The notes beneath the pieces are model-generated. The model worked only from the letters and a program-made list of their open reading frames with translations. It searched no databases and was not told the origin of the DNA. The position numbers were made by a program, and so were the translations under genes. Shown here piece after piece: positions 1-22,886 of a stretch of 64,000 nt of DNA (within the stretch, counting starts at the first letter, position 1; each line of letters starts with the position of its first letter). Source of the DNA: Phaeosaccion multiseriatum (taxonomy: Eukaryota > Protista > Ochrophyta, other classes); NCBI GenBank assembly GCA_965112735.1, contig OZ218962.1, positions 2,170,001 to 2,234,000 on the forward strand, in the 5' to 3' direction.

Positions 1-109
1 CCGCCACCCCCCCCCAATGTACTCAATAGTGCCCATCCACTGCCATCCTCCACTGCCATCCCAAGGGGGTCACCCACTGTTCATCCACTGCCATCGCCCC
101 TCTCCTCAC

Positions 110-9124
<9,015 letters not shown>

Positions 9125-9598
9125 GGTAAACTAACGACACCAAAAGAGAATTTTCTGTGGAAGCTGCAGCAGCCAACGGTAGGGAGATGTACTCGACGCG
9201 CACAGTACGTGGTGGCAATTGCTACCCACAAGGCCAGGGGGTCCTTGAGCAGCGGAGCAAATCGCCACTTTTATGTTCCTTGTGCTCTGCCTTCTTCCTC
9301 CCCCTCGCGTTGTGGGTTCGCTGCTTCCAGCTACAGCCTCCGATGCGGCGTCCCTCCTCCTCCTCCTCCTCCTCCTCTCCCCCCTTAGAAAGGGCCTGTC
9401 TCGTAGACGATTGCGCTCAGAGCGACAGCTCCATTCCCCTCTAAGGGCGGGCGAGGTTGGGCTCAGGAAATCAGTTTCAGTTTCAGCGTCGTGGCGAGAA
9501 CCCATATGCTCCTGGCTGGACATGAAGGCCCTCGTCCGCACGTGGACGACACAGTCGCAACTCTCGCCAATCCCCTTTTAGCAGCAGCAACAAGCAGG

Positions 9599-12500
9599 AT
9601 GAAGGGAACAGCAATCGTCGCGGCCGTGGGCCTCATGCTCGTGGGAAGGTAAGATATGGAAATGGGAGGATGACGAAGCATGCGCGTACGTCGTCTTTGA
9701 AGGTTGTGTCGTTGTGGCCCCTTAGGGCCCTGACCCGAGGGAGAGCGTGGGAGCTTCAAAAGGGGGGGGGAGAACAGGGAGGGGAGTCGCCCTTGCTAGC
9801 GAGAGGAGAATGATTAGTGCTCTCACCGAAGGGGGTTGGCAGCAGATCGAAGGGAGAGGAGACGGGGGTTTGCAATTTGGCAGCTTGCTTACAAGCTCTG
9901 CAATGGTGGGGAAGGAGGAGACAGTTCACATTCGGCTGAGAAGCATCATCGCAGCATCAGCTTTGGTCTTTTTGGGACATGCAGTGGGAAGCAAGTGGCG
10001 CCTGGCCGCGAGGAATGGTGCAGTTGCGTCGTCTTTGGCTCCGTACCTAAATGTTCAGCAGCTCCTGCTTTGGACCATAACCCCGTCTTGGGTGTATGGT
10101 CTTTCTTCGCCCGGCGGCACTGGCAGAGAGAGAGTCGTGGGAGAGCTTCTGCAGCACTGCTGCTTGCAATGCTCACGGAGAAGGAGGGGGCGAGGGAGAA
10201 GACTTAGGCTGCCCCTCCCTCTGCACAGGGCATTACTCTCGGGTGGAAGGGAAAGGGGAAGGGGGGGAAGGACACGACCAGCCTACTGGAGAGAGCGAAA
10301 TGTTGCGTATTTGTCCGTTGAGCACCCGTCATCACCGTCTTCTGTTCGATCCTTTAGCCCCCCGTCCCCCCCTCCTGCGTGCCTGCCTGTAGAGTCTCTC
10401 ACCCTCTCCCCCCCCCCCTCCTCCCTCTCTGTCACCTTGACCACCTTGATGCCCCCCAACAGCGATGCCTTCATGCCCCACACCGCCCTGAGCGTGCCCA
10501 AGGCCGTCGCCGCCGGAAGAGGCACCATGAAGATGCAGACAGGCAGCCCGGGAGAGCATGATGTCATGACCCTCACCAGATACATGCTTGAGCAGGTCAG
10601 TCAGTCAGTCATGGGTGTCAGACTGTCAGTCAGTGAGTCAGTCAGTCAGTTATGGATGTCAGACTGTCAGTCAGGCAGACAGTCAGTCAGTCAGTCAGTC
10701 AGTCAGTCAGTCAATCAGTCGGTCATGGGTGCTAGGCAGGCGGCCAGTCAATCGTGGGGCGCCAATGAGGCAGTTAGGCAGTAAGCCAGGCCTACCTGGA
10801 GCTGCTTGCATGCCACGACTGGGATGAGACTCCTAATCCTTTCCCTCCCTCCCTCCCTCCCTCCTCCCCTCCCCTCCCTTCCCCTCCCTTGCTGTGGTGC
10901 ATCGTATGACGTCACTCTCTCTCTCTCTCTCTCTCAGTCCATGAAGGACACCAACAACCAGGACCTTGAGGGACTCATGGGCTCCATCCAGGTCAGTCAG
11001 TTAGGATTCCAGTTAGTGCTTTTCATGCATGTTCACCCTTCAAGTGCCATCTACAAGTATATGGTATACATCACAAAGAATCGACCGCTCCATCCACTGC
11101 CATCCTCTCATTGGGTGGGTCACTTTGTTCACCCCCTTCAAGGCCTTATCTTTACCCCATCCACTGCCATCCCTCTCCCTCCCATCCACTGCCATCCTCC
11201 CTCCCTCCCTCCCTCCCTCTTAGGTGGCCTGCAAGACCATCGCCAATCTTGTGTCTAGGGCGGGTATTCAGGACCTCACCGGCGCCGCAGGAGGGGGAGG
11301 CTCCATCAACGTTCAGGTGCGTTCCTTTTTTGTGTACTAGTACTTAGTAATATGTATGTAGTACTAAAATCAAGGCGACAGAGACAGCAGCGCTCATTCA
11401 TCTAGGCAGGTGTGAGCGCTCTCCGAAAGCGTTGCATAACGGGGGTGTGCAGCACATATCAAACTAAGATTTTACAGAAGAAGTATTCTTCCTTTGCCTT
11501 GCCTTGCCTTCTGTGCCCTTTTCTTATCTTATCTTGTCTTGCCTTTTCTTACCGTATCTTATTTTACCTTTCCTTCCCTTCTCCTCCCTTCCCTTGCCTT
11601 GCCTTGCTACAATGACATACCTTGCACCTACCTACCTACCTACCTACCTACCTTCCCACCTACCCACCTACCTACCTACCCACCTACCTGCCCACCTACC
11701 TACCTCCTTCCTCCTTCTTCCTATCTACCTACCTACCTACCTACCTACCTACCTACCTACCCAACTATCTGTCCTCCGGGGGCTCGCAGGGAGAGGAGCA
11801 GAAGAAGCTCGATGTCGTCTCCAACGACGTGCTCAAGAACGCCCTGAGATACACCGGTTAGTGATACACTCACACTTGGCCGAGAAGCTCTCAAACTCAC
11901 TCGATTTATCGACTCACTCGCTCACTCACGCACTTAACTCTTATCATTCACTCCCTTACTCACTCTCTCTCACACACTCACTCATCCACTCACTCCCTCA
12001 CTCCCTCCCTCCTCCCTCCCTAACTCCCTCCCTCTCTCTTCACCTCCACTCCCTCCCTCCCCTTCCAGGCAAGCTTGGCGTTATCGCATCCGAGGAGGAG
12101 GACCACCCCGTCCTTGTGGAGGAGGCCTTCAACGCCCGTTACGTGGCGGTGTTCGACCCTCTGGACGGCTCGAGCAACATCGATGCTGCCATCTCCACTG
12201 GTACCATCTTTGGCATCTTCGAGGAGAAGGAGGCGGTGAGTGGGAAGGGAAGGGTGGGAGGAGGGAGGGAGGGAAGGGATGGAGAGGGGGGCAGAGGGAG
12301 AGAGAGTGGAGGAGAGGAGAAGAGGAGGGAGGGAGTGAGGGAGGGAGTGAAGGACAAAAGCAACCACTGAAGGTGCATCCAATGACCTATGTACCTACAA
12401 CTCACCCACCCAACAATGCCTGGCGATGTGAAAGTAAAATTCATTCATTCATTCATTCATTCGTTCATTCATTCATTCATTCGTTCGTTCATTCTTCCAT

Positions 12501-14578
12501 CCACAGTGCTTGATTGACAACGACGCCCCTATTGAGGAGGCCCAGGCCAACTGCCTCCTGAACACCCTCCAGCCGGGAGAGAACCTGGTGGCCGCAGGTG
12601 CGTGCGTGCGTGCGTGCGTGCTTGCGCTTGATTCATTTGAGTCACTGACTTTCACTGACTTCGTATAGGACCGAGTGCGAGTACTTTTTGGAGTCTTAGT
12701 GGAGCAGAACCGGGTGTCACGTAACGTCACGTAACGTACATACCCGTACCCACCAATCCGTACTCCCTCTCCCCTCCCTCCCTCTCTCTCTCCCCCCGCC
12801 TCTGTTGCTGTATCGTCTTGTCGTCTCTTCTTCTTCTCCTTCTCTTCCTCCTCCTCCTCTTCCTCCTTCCTTCCATCCTTACTTACTTCCTTCTGCTACT
12901 ACCTCCCACTGACCCACCCACGCACCCCCTCCCTCCCAGGCTACTGCATGTACTCCTCATCCACCATCCTGGTGTTCACTATGGGTGACGGCGTCAACGG
13001 TTTCACTCTGGACCCCAACATCGGAGAGTTTGTGCTCACCCACCCCAACATTCGTGTGCCCAAGAGAGGAAAGGTAAGATGCGATGCGTTGGGAGGACGT
13101 GTGTGTGTGTGTGTCTGTGTCTTTGTGTGTGGGTGTGTGTGTCTGTGTGTGCGTGTGTGTGTATCTGTGTGTGTCTTTGTGTGCGTGTGTGTGTGTGGGT
13201 GTGTGTGTGGGTGTCTGCGTGTTTGTGTGTGTGCGTGTGCGTGTGTGTTGTCCTTGTTGGTTGTATCCCCCTTCAACTGACGCCCCTACCTACCTACCTA
13301 CCTACCTGCCCACCTAAAATTGTGCCTCCAGATCTACTCCTTCAACGAGGCCAACTCTGACGATTGGGACCCCAAGCTGCAGAACTATGTCATGGCCCTC
13401 AAGAGCGGAAAGAACGAGTCCGGAGAGAGGTGGGAGAGGGAGAGGGAGAAGAGGGGGAGAGGGAGGAGGGGGGGAGGAGAGAGAGGGGACACACACACAC
13501 ACACACACACACACAGAGAGACTCCTACGCACACACATGCACACACACGCGCGTGAGGGACATGCTTTTCTCATCCTCTGCTCCGCCTTCCCCTCCTCCT
13601 CCTGCTGCCCTGCCCCTCCCCTCTCTGCCCTATCCCGTCCTGATGCACAGGTACTCTTCGAGATACATTGGCTCCATGGTCGGTGACGTGCACCGCACCC
13701 TTCTGTACGGAGGTACGTAGTCTTACGTATGAGAAGGAGAAGGAGGGTTGAGACATGCGTTTTTTTTTAAGTTCCTTCCGTGTGAGGACTCGTTTGGCAG
13801 TCTCTTCTGTAAAGTCTCTTCTTTGCTCCCTCCCCCCCCCCTCCTCCCTCTCCTCCTCCACCACCACCACCACCACCACCATCACCACCACCACCACCAT
13901 CGCTGCTCCCCACTCCTCCGTTTATCGCTTACCAACCCCCCTTCCTCTTGCCCCCAACCCCCCCCCCACCCCCCCTTACCGCCCATCCCCGTTCGACCCC
14001 ATCTACTGCCATCTAGGCATCTTTGGGTACCCCGGAGACGCCAGGAACCCCAACGGCAAGCTGCGCCTGCTGTACGAGGGAGCCCCCATGTCATTCATCG
14101 TGGAGCAGGCGGGAGGCAAGGCCACCACCGGCGTCAAGCGAGTCATGGACATTGCCCCCGAACAGGTGCGTTCGTGCTGCGTGCGTCCGTGTGCGCGTGC
14201 GTGGGTTGCCCGCGTCACGCCGCCTTGCCCTTCTGTCTGTACGCCTGTGCGTACGTCTGTCTTGTTTTTTCTTTCTGTCCGTTTGTCTGTCCTGTTCGCT
14301 AGTCTATCTCTCTGTCTGTCTTGTCTGTTTGTCTGTCTCTCTCTCTGTGTGTGTTTTGTCTATCTGTGTTTGCGTGCGATACGCCTTCCTTGCTTTGTCT
14401 GTCTGTTCCGTGTGTCCCCGAGTTGTCGTGGCTCTCCCCTCTATCCTCTTGTGCTCTCAACACGCACACACACACTCACCCACCCATTGACTTACTACCC
14501 AACCAGGTTCACCAACGGGTGCCGACCTTCCTTGGCTCTGCTGACGACGTGTCGGAGCTGGAGAAGGCCATGGCATAG
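9599..14578 (+). CDS. FBP: Plastid fructose-1,6-bisphosphatase (class I), 12 exons, ~389 aa
   Basis: Exons 9599-9648, 10463-10595, 10938-10991, 11224-11316, 11790-11856, 12069-12235, 12507-12597, 12940-13073, 13332-13429, 13651-13712, 14017-14165, 14507-14578; all GT-AG, 1170 nt in frame. Motifs [60 protein letters not shown]. Bipartite presequence [22 protein letters not shown]. Confidence 0.95.
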
Positions 14579-15230
14579 ACAAGTTGTTGCTTTTGCTTAA
14601 CATTAACAACAACAACAACAACAACAATAACAACAACAAGGGGGGGGCTTTTGCTTGACAAAACAATACACGGCACTTGTTAGACTGGGTAGACGACTTA
14701 ACTCCTTTTTATCTGTTTATTATTCATTTTAATTTCGAGAGAGGGCTTTTTACACGGACGGGGGAATGGATGGGATGCATGAATTTTAAAAATAAAATAA
14801 AACGATAAAAGGTGTTCATACATGAGAAATTACATTCGTGCTCCTATCGTGCCTTCCGTCGTCTGTACAAAGCACGATACCTTAGCTGTTTCTTGTGCGC
14901 CACGGTGTTGTGTTGCTTGGGGTCGGTATTTGGGGTCCTCTTCACCAAGGAAAACACACCGGCTCTGGACTTGAGTGGTCTTCAGAGAGACTGCGTGGTT
15001 GCGTGAGTTTGTGCGTGTGTGAGTGCGTGCGTGCATGTGTGAGAGTGAGCTGCCGAACCAAAAGTAGGCACGATTTGGTAGACGGATAGGGACTACCTCG
15101 TCGAGGGAGAGCCAGAGATGGCAGTGGATGGGGGGGGCTCAATGACTGTGTCGTACTCCTATTATATTACAAACTTACGTAATGTGACGTCGGGTCAGGG
15201 GGGCAGTCCTAACTCCTCTTTAGTTTTCAA

Positions 15231-15276
<46 letters not shown>

Positions 15277-15301
15277 ATGTCTGTCTCTCTGTCCACATGT
15301 A

Positions 15302-15334
<33 letters not shown>

Positions 15335-15705
15335 TTGAATGCCTTTTCGTTCAGCATTCAATTCTGTCTACCTGTCTGTCTTTCAGTCTCTCATCTCAAT
15401 GTCTCCATCTGTCCTTTCTATCTGTATATGTACCGTTCTCTCTTTTTTTACGTCCAATCCTCGTCTGCAATGAATAAATAATGTAAAAACCTGGGGAAAG
15501 AAAGACCCCGCCACCCGCCCGCTCGCTCTATCGAGAACCCCAGGGCCTGGAGTCATCCAAGCATCCAAGCATCCAAACATCCAAGCATCCAAGCATCCAA
15601 GCCCTGAGTAACCCCTGTGAACGAGCAGCCGCCCTCGCCAATGCTCAGCTCAGCTTAGCTCAGCTTAGCTCAAGGTTAAAGAAGGTCCCGAATTCACATG
15701 GTCGC

Positions 15706-16355
15706 TTAATCGAAGGGGGTGGTGACTTGGTTGAGTGAGTTGCCGAGCCCCTTGTTAGCGATCTTAATGTACTCTTGGATAGCGGTGACACCGTCGTTGT
15801 AAGCAGCAGTGGCCACCTCCTGTCAATCGGTCAGTCAGTCAGTCAGTCAGTCAGTCAGTCAGTCAGTCAGTCAGTCAATCGATGGATAAGTGGAATGGAT
15901 AGGGCGACAGGGAGAACCGAGAGAGGTCCAAGGGCGGAAGGCGGGGAAGGGGGACGGGGGACGGGGGACAGGAGAAGGGGGAAGGCGGAAGGAAGGATGT
16001 CAGAGAGGGGAAGCGGGGGAGGGGTGTGAAGGGCCGGGTGGGAAGGGGGGGTGATGACGGGAGAGGGAGGGAGGGACGACGAAGCTGTCAAATGTTGCAT
16101 GTTGTATACCCATATGTTGTCATGTGTTATGTCCCCTTACGTGGGGTATACGTAGTACATGTACCCAAGGGGGCTCAAAACTGGACACATGGCATGGTAA
16201 AACCCTTTCTCTTGTCCTCTCTCACACATCTGCACACAGGCGCTCTATTTCTCTCCCTCCCTCTCACACTTTCCGCCTCTCTCCCTCTCCTTCTCTCTCT
16301 TCCGTTCTCTTCTTTCTCCCTTGCTCTCTCTCCCCTTTTTTCTCCCCCCCCCCCC

Positions 16356-16388
<33 letters not shown>

Positions 16389-17695
16389 ACCCGCTCACCT
16401 TCTTGGACTTCCCTCCTAGGTCGATTTGCTTTGGCCCGAACATGCCCGTGGGTTTATCGTAGTCAGCGACTCCCTGCAAAGTCAGTGAAGCCGCCTCAAG
16501 GAGGGCAACCTGCTCCTGGAGGGCACGGACCTTGGGACTGTACAAGAAGCGGGCAGGGGAGGGGGAACGGGAGAGGGGAGAGGAGGAGGAGGAGGAGGAG
16601 GAGGAGGAGGGAGGGGGACGGGGAGGAGGAGGAGGAGGAGGAGGAGGAGGGGGAGAAGAAGGAGGAGGAGGGGAGGAGGAGAACAAGGGGAGAAAGGGAA
16701 GGAGTAGCGGAGGAGGAAGAGAACAAGAGGAGGAGGAGGAGGAGGAGGAGGAGGAGGAGGAGGAGGAGGAGGGGAGGAGAGAGGGCGATCGGAGAAGGGA
16801 GACAAGTGAGAAGAAGAGGAAGAGGAGGGCGTGCTGAACTCGAGTTGGGGTTCTCGGACCGTTACAAAGGGTAGAGAATCACTTGGGCTTGGGCCTTCGT
16901 TCCCATTGAACTGTTCATCGTACCTGCTTGCCTTGGCGGAGAACGTCTGCGGCGGGGATGGCAGTGAATGGCCAGGACAAGAAGCCAAGGACAAGAAAAA
17001 GGTCCGTCCGAAGGGCAGGGCAGGGCAACAAGGGGAGGGAGGGGAGCGCCATTGATGGAACAACGGATGGAAAGAAGGGCGTGGCGGCGGGTGTGTGTGT
17101 GAGAGAGAGAGAAGCGGGGTGGGAGAGAAAGCGGAAGGGAGGCAGCAAAGACTCATGAAGCGGAGATGGAAAAGCATCTACTCTTACTCACTCATTCACT
17201 CCCTCCCTCCTTCATCACCCACTCCCCTTCCCACTCACTTAGGCCTCCGCTCCCTCCCTAATCATCCTCTGACACTATCATCACCCACTCTGCTCCCTCC
17301 CTCCCTCCCTCCCTCCCTCCCTCGTCACCCACTCCCTCACTCCTCACCGTTGCCCATATGTTGAGAGGGTTTTTGAGCTTCCTATCGAACTCTCTGCTCT
17401 TCACACGCGAAGCCTTCAAAGCAGGGAGGGGGGTGGACGAGGGTGCGTGTGGATGCGTGTGGGTGCGTGTGTGAGTGCGTGAGTGGGATGGGAGGAGGAG
17501 AACACAAACAGCACACGACCCAAAACAGGTCACGCACGTGCGCGCACACACACACACACACACCAACTTACCTCGGGTTTCCGAGTGGAGGCGTTGTCCA
17601 CCATGGAGTCCTCCATCACAGCTGACAGGCCGGCGTAGTCCTCCTTGTCGATGAGAGCCTTGAGGTCGGTCTTGTACCAGTCCATACCCTCCTGT

Positions 17696-17742
<47 letters not shown>

Positions 17743-19740
17743 CAAATACATAAAAAAACAAAGGCATATGTGCGTGACACACACGTATGGGCGGGCACAT
17801 GCACATACACGCACACGCACATACACACATAAACACAACGCATATACACACACATACACACACACGAGCAAGAGGTAGCAGCGACAAGCTCAGACGAGCA
17901 GAGATGGCAGCGACCAGCACGTGGTGTAGGACGGGAGATGAAAGCACATGCTGTGCGATGGGAGGGCAGATTCTGCACATCTGCCCCAAGCCAGCTCAGA
18001 GGCGCCTCCCTCCCTCCCTCCCTCCCTCCCTCCTTCCCTCCCTCCCTCCCTCCTTCCCTCCCTCCCTCCCTCCCTCCCTCCCTCCCTCCCTCCCTCCCTC
18101 TGCAGGCGCTTGTCCTTCCTCTGTGGCTGGAAGTCCAGGGCGAGAAACCTCTCGCGCAGCGAACGACACGCCCCCCTTCACTCTTCCTCCTCCCTCCTCC
18201 TCCTCCTCCTCCTCATCCTCCTCTTCCTCCTCCCCCTCCTCCTCCTCCTCCTCCTCCTCCTCCCCCTCCTCCTCCTCCTCCTCCTCCTTCTCCTCCCCTC
18301 CTCCTCCTCCTCCCTCCTCCTCCTCCTCCTCCTCCTCCTCTTTCATCATGCTCCTCCTCTTAACAAGAAGTAAATGCGATAACTGAAAGTGTGCATGGGG
18401 AAAGAGCAGAGTGGTGCTGCTGGGTGTACCTCCCCCATGCTCTCATATCCCTCCACCTCTTCACAATCCACCCCGTCCGTGTACCCCCCCCCCTCCCCCC
18501 TACCCCGGCCCTGGGGTTTTGAGTTCATGCGCTGCACACTGCTCTCTGTCTGTATGTCTGTATGTCTGTCTGTCTGTCTCTCTCTCTCGTGTTTCTTTTA
18601 TCCTCCCTCTCCTGTTCTTCCCCACTCCAAGGCGCTCTCTACTTTCACACCAACCTTGATTCTTGGGGGATAAGAGCACAAACAAGAGAGGAGGGAGTGA
18701 GGGAGGGAGGGAGAGAGCAAGGGAAGCAGGAAGAGAGAAAGGGAGGGAAGAAGGAAGAGAGAAAGAGAGGGAAGGGAGTAAGCAAAGATGGGAGGCAAGG
18801 GGAGGCCACCCAACCTGCCTACAGTGGGGCTGGCCGGCCCAACGACGGCTTCTCTTGCTCACTCAGCTCACCTTGGTACGTAGCGGAAGTACGCCTTCTG
18901 GAAGGAGGCAATGGACCCGTCCTGTGATGTGGTGAGATGTGGTGTGTGGGCATGGGCATGTCGGGAAGGAGAAGGCGAAAGCACAGAAAAAGAGCGGGTC
19001 TTAGAGAGCGAAGGAGGACCCAGACAGACAGGAGGATCGCACTTGTTTGTCTAATGCCTTTCTAATCAAGTTGGACGCAGAGAGGGGGGGATTGAAAGTA
19101 AGTACTTACAGCGAAGGCTGGGGCCGTAGAAGTGGCAACTGACGCGGCGCCCACCAACGCGAGAGAGCGACCGAAGGAGCTAAGGACCTCTCGTCGGCTG
19201 CTACTACTGCTACTGGTGCTGCTGCTGACGATCTCTGTGGCTGTTGCGGCGGCTGCTGCTCTACTGCTGCTGACTCCGCCTCCCATAGACATACGTGTTG
19301 GGCCTACAAGGTTCATGTTGGGAAGGGGGGGACAGAGAGGAAATAGGCGCGAGAGTTGGCAGGAGGACAGAACAAGGCAATGGAGAGCTCTCCGCCAGCA
19401 CGTCTGCAGACAATCTTAAGCCGTGCGACCCAACAGCAGCTCGCTCCTCTGGCGTTCTTGTTGATGTTCACCGAGACCTGGAGAGAACCTGTTTTTCTTT
19501 CGTACACAAGCTTCCCTGTGCGACACCACTCAAGAGGATGCTCCAAACTGCAAGACAAGAAGAGAATACTCCATCCCCACAACCCCCCAGCAGCCATCGC
19601 AAGCAGCGCTGCGCGAAAAGCTCTCCTACGTGGTGATTGCAGTATCTCGCCGATGCACCTGCATTGAACGCTGTAAAGGCGCTGCTGCATCCCACGAGGG
19701 ATGCAATCAAAAGGCCCGTGAAGGCTCCGGTCTTCGTCAT
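15706..19740 (-). CDS. Thylakoid-lumen protein with tripartite targeting, possibly PsbQ/Psb31-like helical bundle, 9 exons, ~264 aa
   Basis: Exons 19740-19659, 19303-19110, 18921-18872, 18661-18655, 17691-17572, 17413-17348, 16946-16924, 16537-16399, 15819-15706 (795 nt, in frame). Signal peptide MTKTGAFTGLLIASLVGCSSA-F, Ser/Ala-rich transit peptide, twin-arginine signal SRREVL...APAFA, mature start DGSIASFQKAYFRYVPRIK. Family assignment is tentative. Confidence 0.75.
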
Positions 19741-20007
19741 CGTCAGCTCTTCTATTTTACTCCTATGCTGCTGCGCTGTATATCCCCCTCTGTCCTGTTC
19801 AGAGGACCCTTTCAGGGGGGGGGGTATGCTTCTTCCCCTTTCCCCCACTCCCACTGATACCCCCCCCCCCACTTCGCTCCTGCACACGTCCGTCTTTTTG
19901 GAGTCATTGTCCGTACATTTTGTTATTAATAGAGAGGAGACAAGGAGTGTGTTAGCAGTAGCAGCGACGTCGCCTCGCCTGTCTGTCTCCGTGTGTGTTG
20001 GGGAATC

Positions 20008-22886
20008 ATGAGCTTTTTCAAGCAGGCGTGGGCGGGCTACAATGCCAAGCTCAACTCTAACCCCTTGGTGGTCAAGGCGCTCACCTCCTTCACAGGCTTC
20101 ACGCTAGGCGATGTGCTCGCGCAGAAGTTCATCGACCCTGATAAGGAGTACGACCTCGCGCGAACGCTGAGACTGGGTGAGTAGCAGTGAAGCGGTGCTG
20201 GACACAGAGGATACAGCTGCCTGGGCAAAAGAGAAAGAATCTTTTCTCTCTCTATTGGGGTAATGTGTGGACAAAATCTGAGCGAAGGCGCGACTGACAG
20301 CAGCCGCTGCATAAAAAAAGTGGTGATTTGAATGCAGACGAGATAAGCTTTGAGGGGGGATTGCTCGAGGAGAAACACGTCCGGGGTGTTTTTGGGTGCC
20401 CTACGCTGACTTTCTTCGCCCTCTGATGGCCTGGCCGACTAAGGAAGCAAGGGGGGGAAGGGCTTGGTGGCAGTCCTTTGCTCGCTGCTCTTGCTCGCTG
20501 CGTCAGTGCAAGCCGGAGCGTGCTTGCTTTGGACATGGGAGACTGACGCACCCGCACACAGACCTGCGGCTTGTTTTGACAACGTGTACTCGCGTTTTAT
20601 ACCACTCATCCTTCCCGTCGCTCTCTCTATGCCCTCTGTGTCCTGCTTGCTTCCATGTCCCTCTCTCTGACTCCTGTCTTTCTTCGCTCTCTCTCTGCTA
20701 TCCCTCTCCCCCGCCCTCTCTTCCACCCTCCTTCTCTCTCCCCCCATCCCTCCCTCCCTCCCTCCCTCCCTCCATCCATCCCTCTCTCCCTCCTTCCACC
20801 CCGGTGTACAGCTTCCTTTGGTCTTCTTTTCCACGGTCCCTCTGGACACTACTTCTACGGGTGGCTGGACAAGCAAATCGTGGGTACCGGAGTGAAGCAG
20901 GTCGTGTCAAAGGTAGCCATCGACCAAGTTGTGTGGAACCCCATCTTCGGTAAGTTGCCATGAGCTGCTTCCCCTCCTTATAGAAAAGAAGGAAGAGTTT
21001 GAAGGACGAGTGGCAGAACCAAGTACTGTTGGTATCAACGCTCATTTCGTGCATATACGAAAGACGCGAGTGATGAAGCTCTACGAAGCGGTACCCTCCT
21101 AGAAGGGAAGAAACTCTCCTCCTGGTGCTGCTGCTCGTGTCTGCGAGGGACGAACGGACGCATGGCCCTTGTGGCTCTTGGGTGCTTGGGGGGTGCCGTT
21201 TGAGCCGGGACCTTGTATTCCGCCATGCAAGGCATGCTCCAAACGAACGAACGCAATGCTGAAGCCAATGAACACGTTATTGACATGCCATGCCCCCCCC
21301 CCCCTTACCTCCTCTTTCCCGTCTCCCTGCCCTTCTCTGCCCCCCCCCCCCCTCTCCTCCCTCTCAGGATGCGCGTTCTTCACCTACACCGGGCTAGCAG
21401 AAGGTCCGTGTCAGTCTTGTCTATATGCGCAGAATAGGCACGAGGAGGACCTCTCTCAGGACCAGACAAGAAGAGGATTGTGCAGACAAGAAAAGGATTG
21501 TACTCACCATATGGTACCTCCTGGCTCTTCCCTCACTCCCTCTACCCCTTCCTCCCTCCCTCCCTCCCTCCCTCTCTCCCTCCTTCCCTCCCTCCCTCCT
21601 TCCCCCCTTCTCTCCCGCTCCAGGCAAGTCGATGTCGCAGATCGGCGACAAGATCAAGGCCGACCTTCAGACTGCCGTCATGGGCTCCTGGGCTGTGTGG
21701 GTACCCGCACATACCATCAACTTCCGGTGCGTACCATTGAACCAAACCATGCACATAGATCATGGGAGATATCTCTTATTTCTCACACACACACATACGC
21801 ACACACGCACATATGCACACATGGACACACGCACACACACACACTGATGTACCCATATTCCCTTTCTCCTTACATGGCGCGCCCATCCTTCCCCATCCCG
21901 ATTTGATTGTGTCCCCATCTTGATTGTGTATCTCCTGACGCTTTTGTCCACCCTCCTCCTCCTCCTCTCCTCCTCCTCCTCCTCCTCCTCCTCCTCCTCC
22001 TCCTCCTCCTCCTCCTCCTCCTCCTCCTCCTCCTCCTCCTCCTCCTCCTCCTCCTCCTCCTCCTCCTCCTCCTCCTCCTCCTCCTCCTCCTCCTCCTTTT
22101 CCTCCTTTTCCTCCTTTTCCTCCCCGCTTCCCACAGTTTCATCCCCTCCAACCAGCGTCTGCTGTACATTAACACCATCCAAGTTGGTTACAACATCTTC
22201 CTGAGCTGTAAGTGATCCACGCCACTCTGCTGCGTGTGTGGGTGCCCCCCCCCCTCTCATTATAGATGTTTTATAGGCCTATCTATGTGTATACTCGATG
22301 TGCACAGCCCGGACACTTGCGACACGAGGCTTCAGCAGAATGGCTGCCTACCTCAGTTGCCTCCAGTGTGTGTCCTGCTTCCTTCCTTCTGTCGTTCGGG
22401 GGGGAGGGAAAGGTCTGGTGGGCGTCGAGTCGAATCGTCTTATTCCTTCACCATTTTCTCACAAACTCTCTTCCCTTCCCAATTGCTTCCCGTTCGTCCC
22501 TCCCTGCAACCCTCCTCCTCCACCTCCTCCTCCTCCTCCTCCTCCTCCTCCTCCTCCTCCTCCTTCTCCTCCTCCTCCTCCTCCTCCTCCTCCTCCTCCT
22601 CCTCGTCATCCTCCTTCTCCTCCTCCTCCTCCTCCTCCTCCTCCTCTTCCTCCTCCTCCTCCTCCTCCTCCTCCTCCTCCTCCTCCTCCTCCTCCTCTTC
22701 CTCCTCCTCCTCCTCCTCCACCACCACCACCTCCTCCTCCTCCTCCTCCTCCTCCTCCTCTTGCCCCCGACACGACACACCACAGTCCTCGCAAACAAGA
22801 GCGCAGACGCGGCGCCCGTTGAGGCCTTGGAGGATGCGGCAGACAAGGTGGCGGACAAGGTGGAGGAGGCGAAGAAGGATCTCTAA
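20008..22886 (+). CDS. Mpv17/PMP22 family membrane protein, 6 exons, ~205 aa
   Basis: Exons 20008-20176, 20812-20949, 21368-21403, 21624-21726, 22137-22207, 22786-22886 (618 nt). Motifs NPLVVKALTS, GDVLAQ, YDLARTLR, GPSGHYFYGWLD, KVAIDQVVWNP, WAVWVPAHTINFRFIP. Confidence 0.92.

Noticed and set aside
9747-10784. 345-aa ORF upstream of the FBPase core
   Set aside because: Mostly FBP intron 1; only 10463-10595 is coding.
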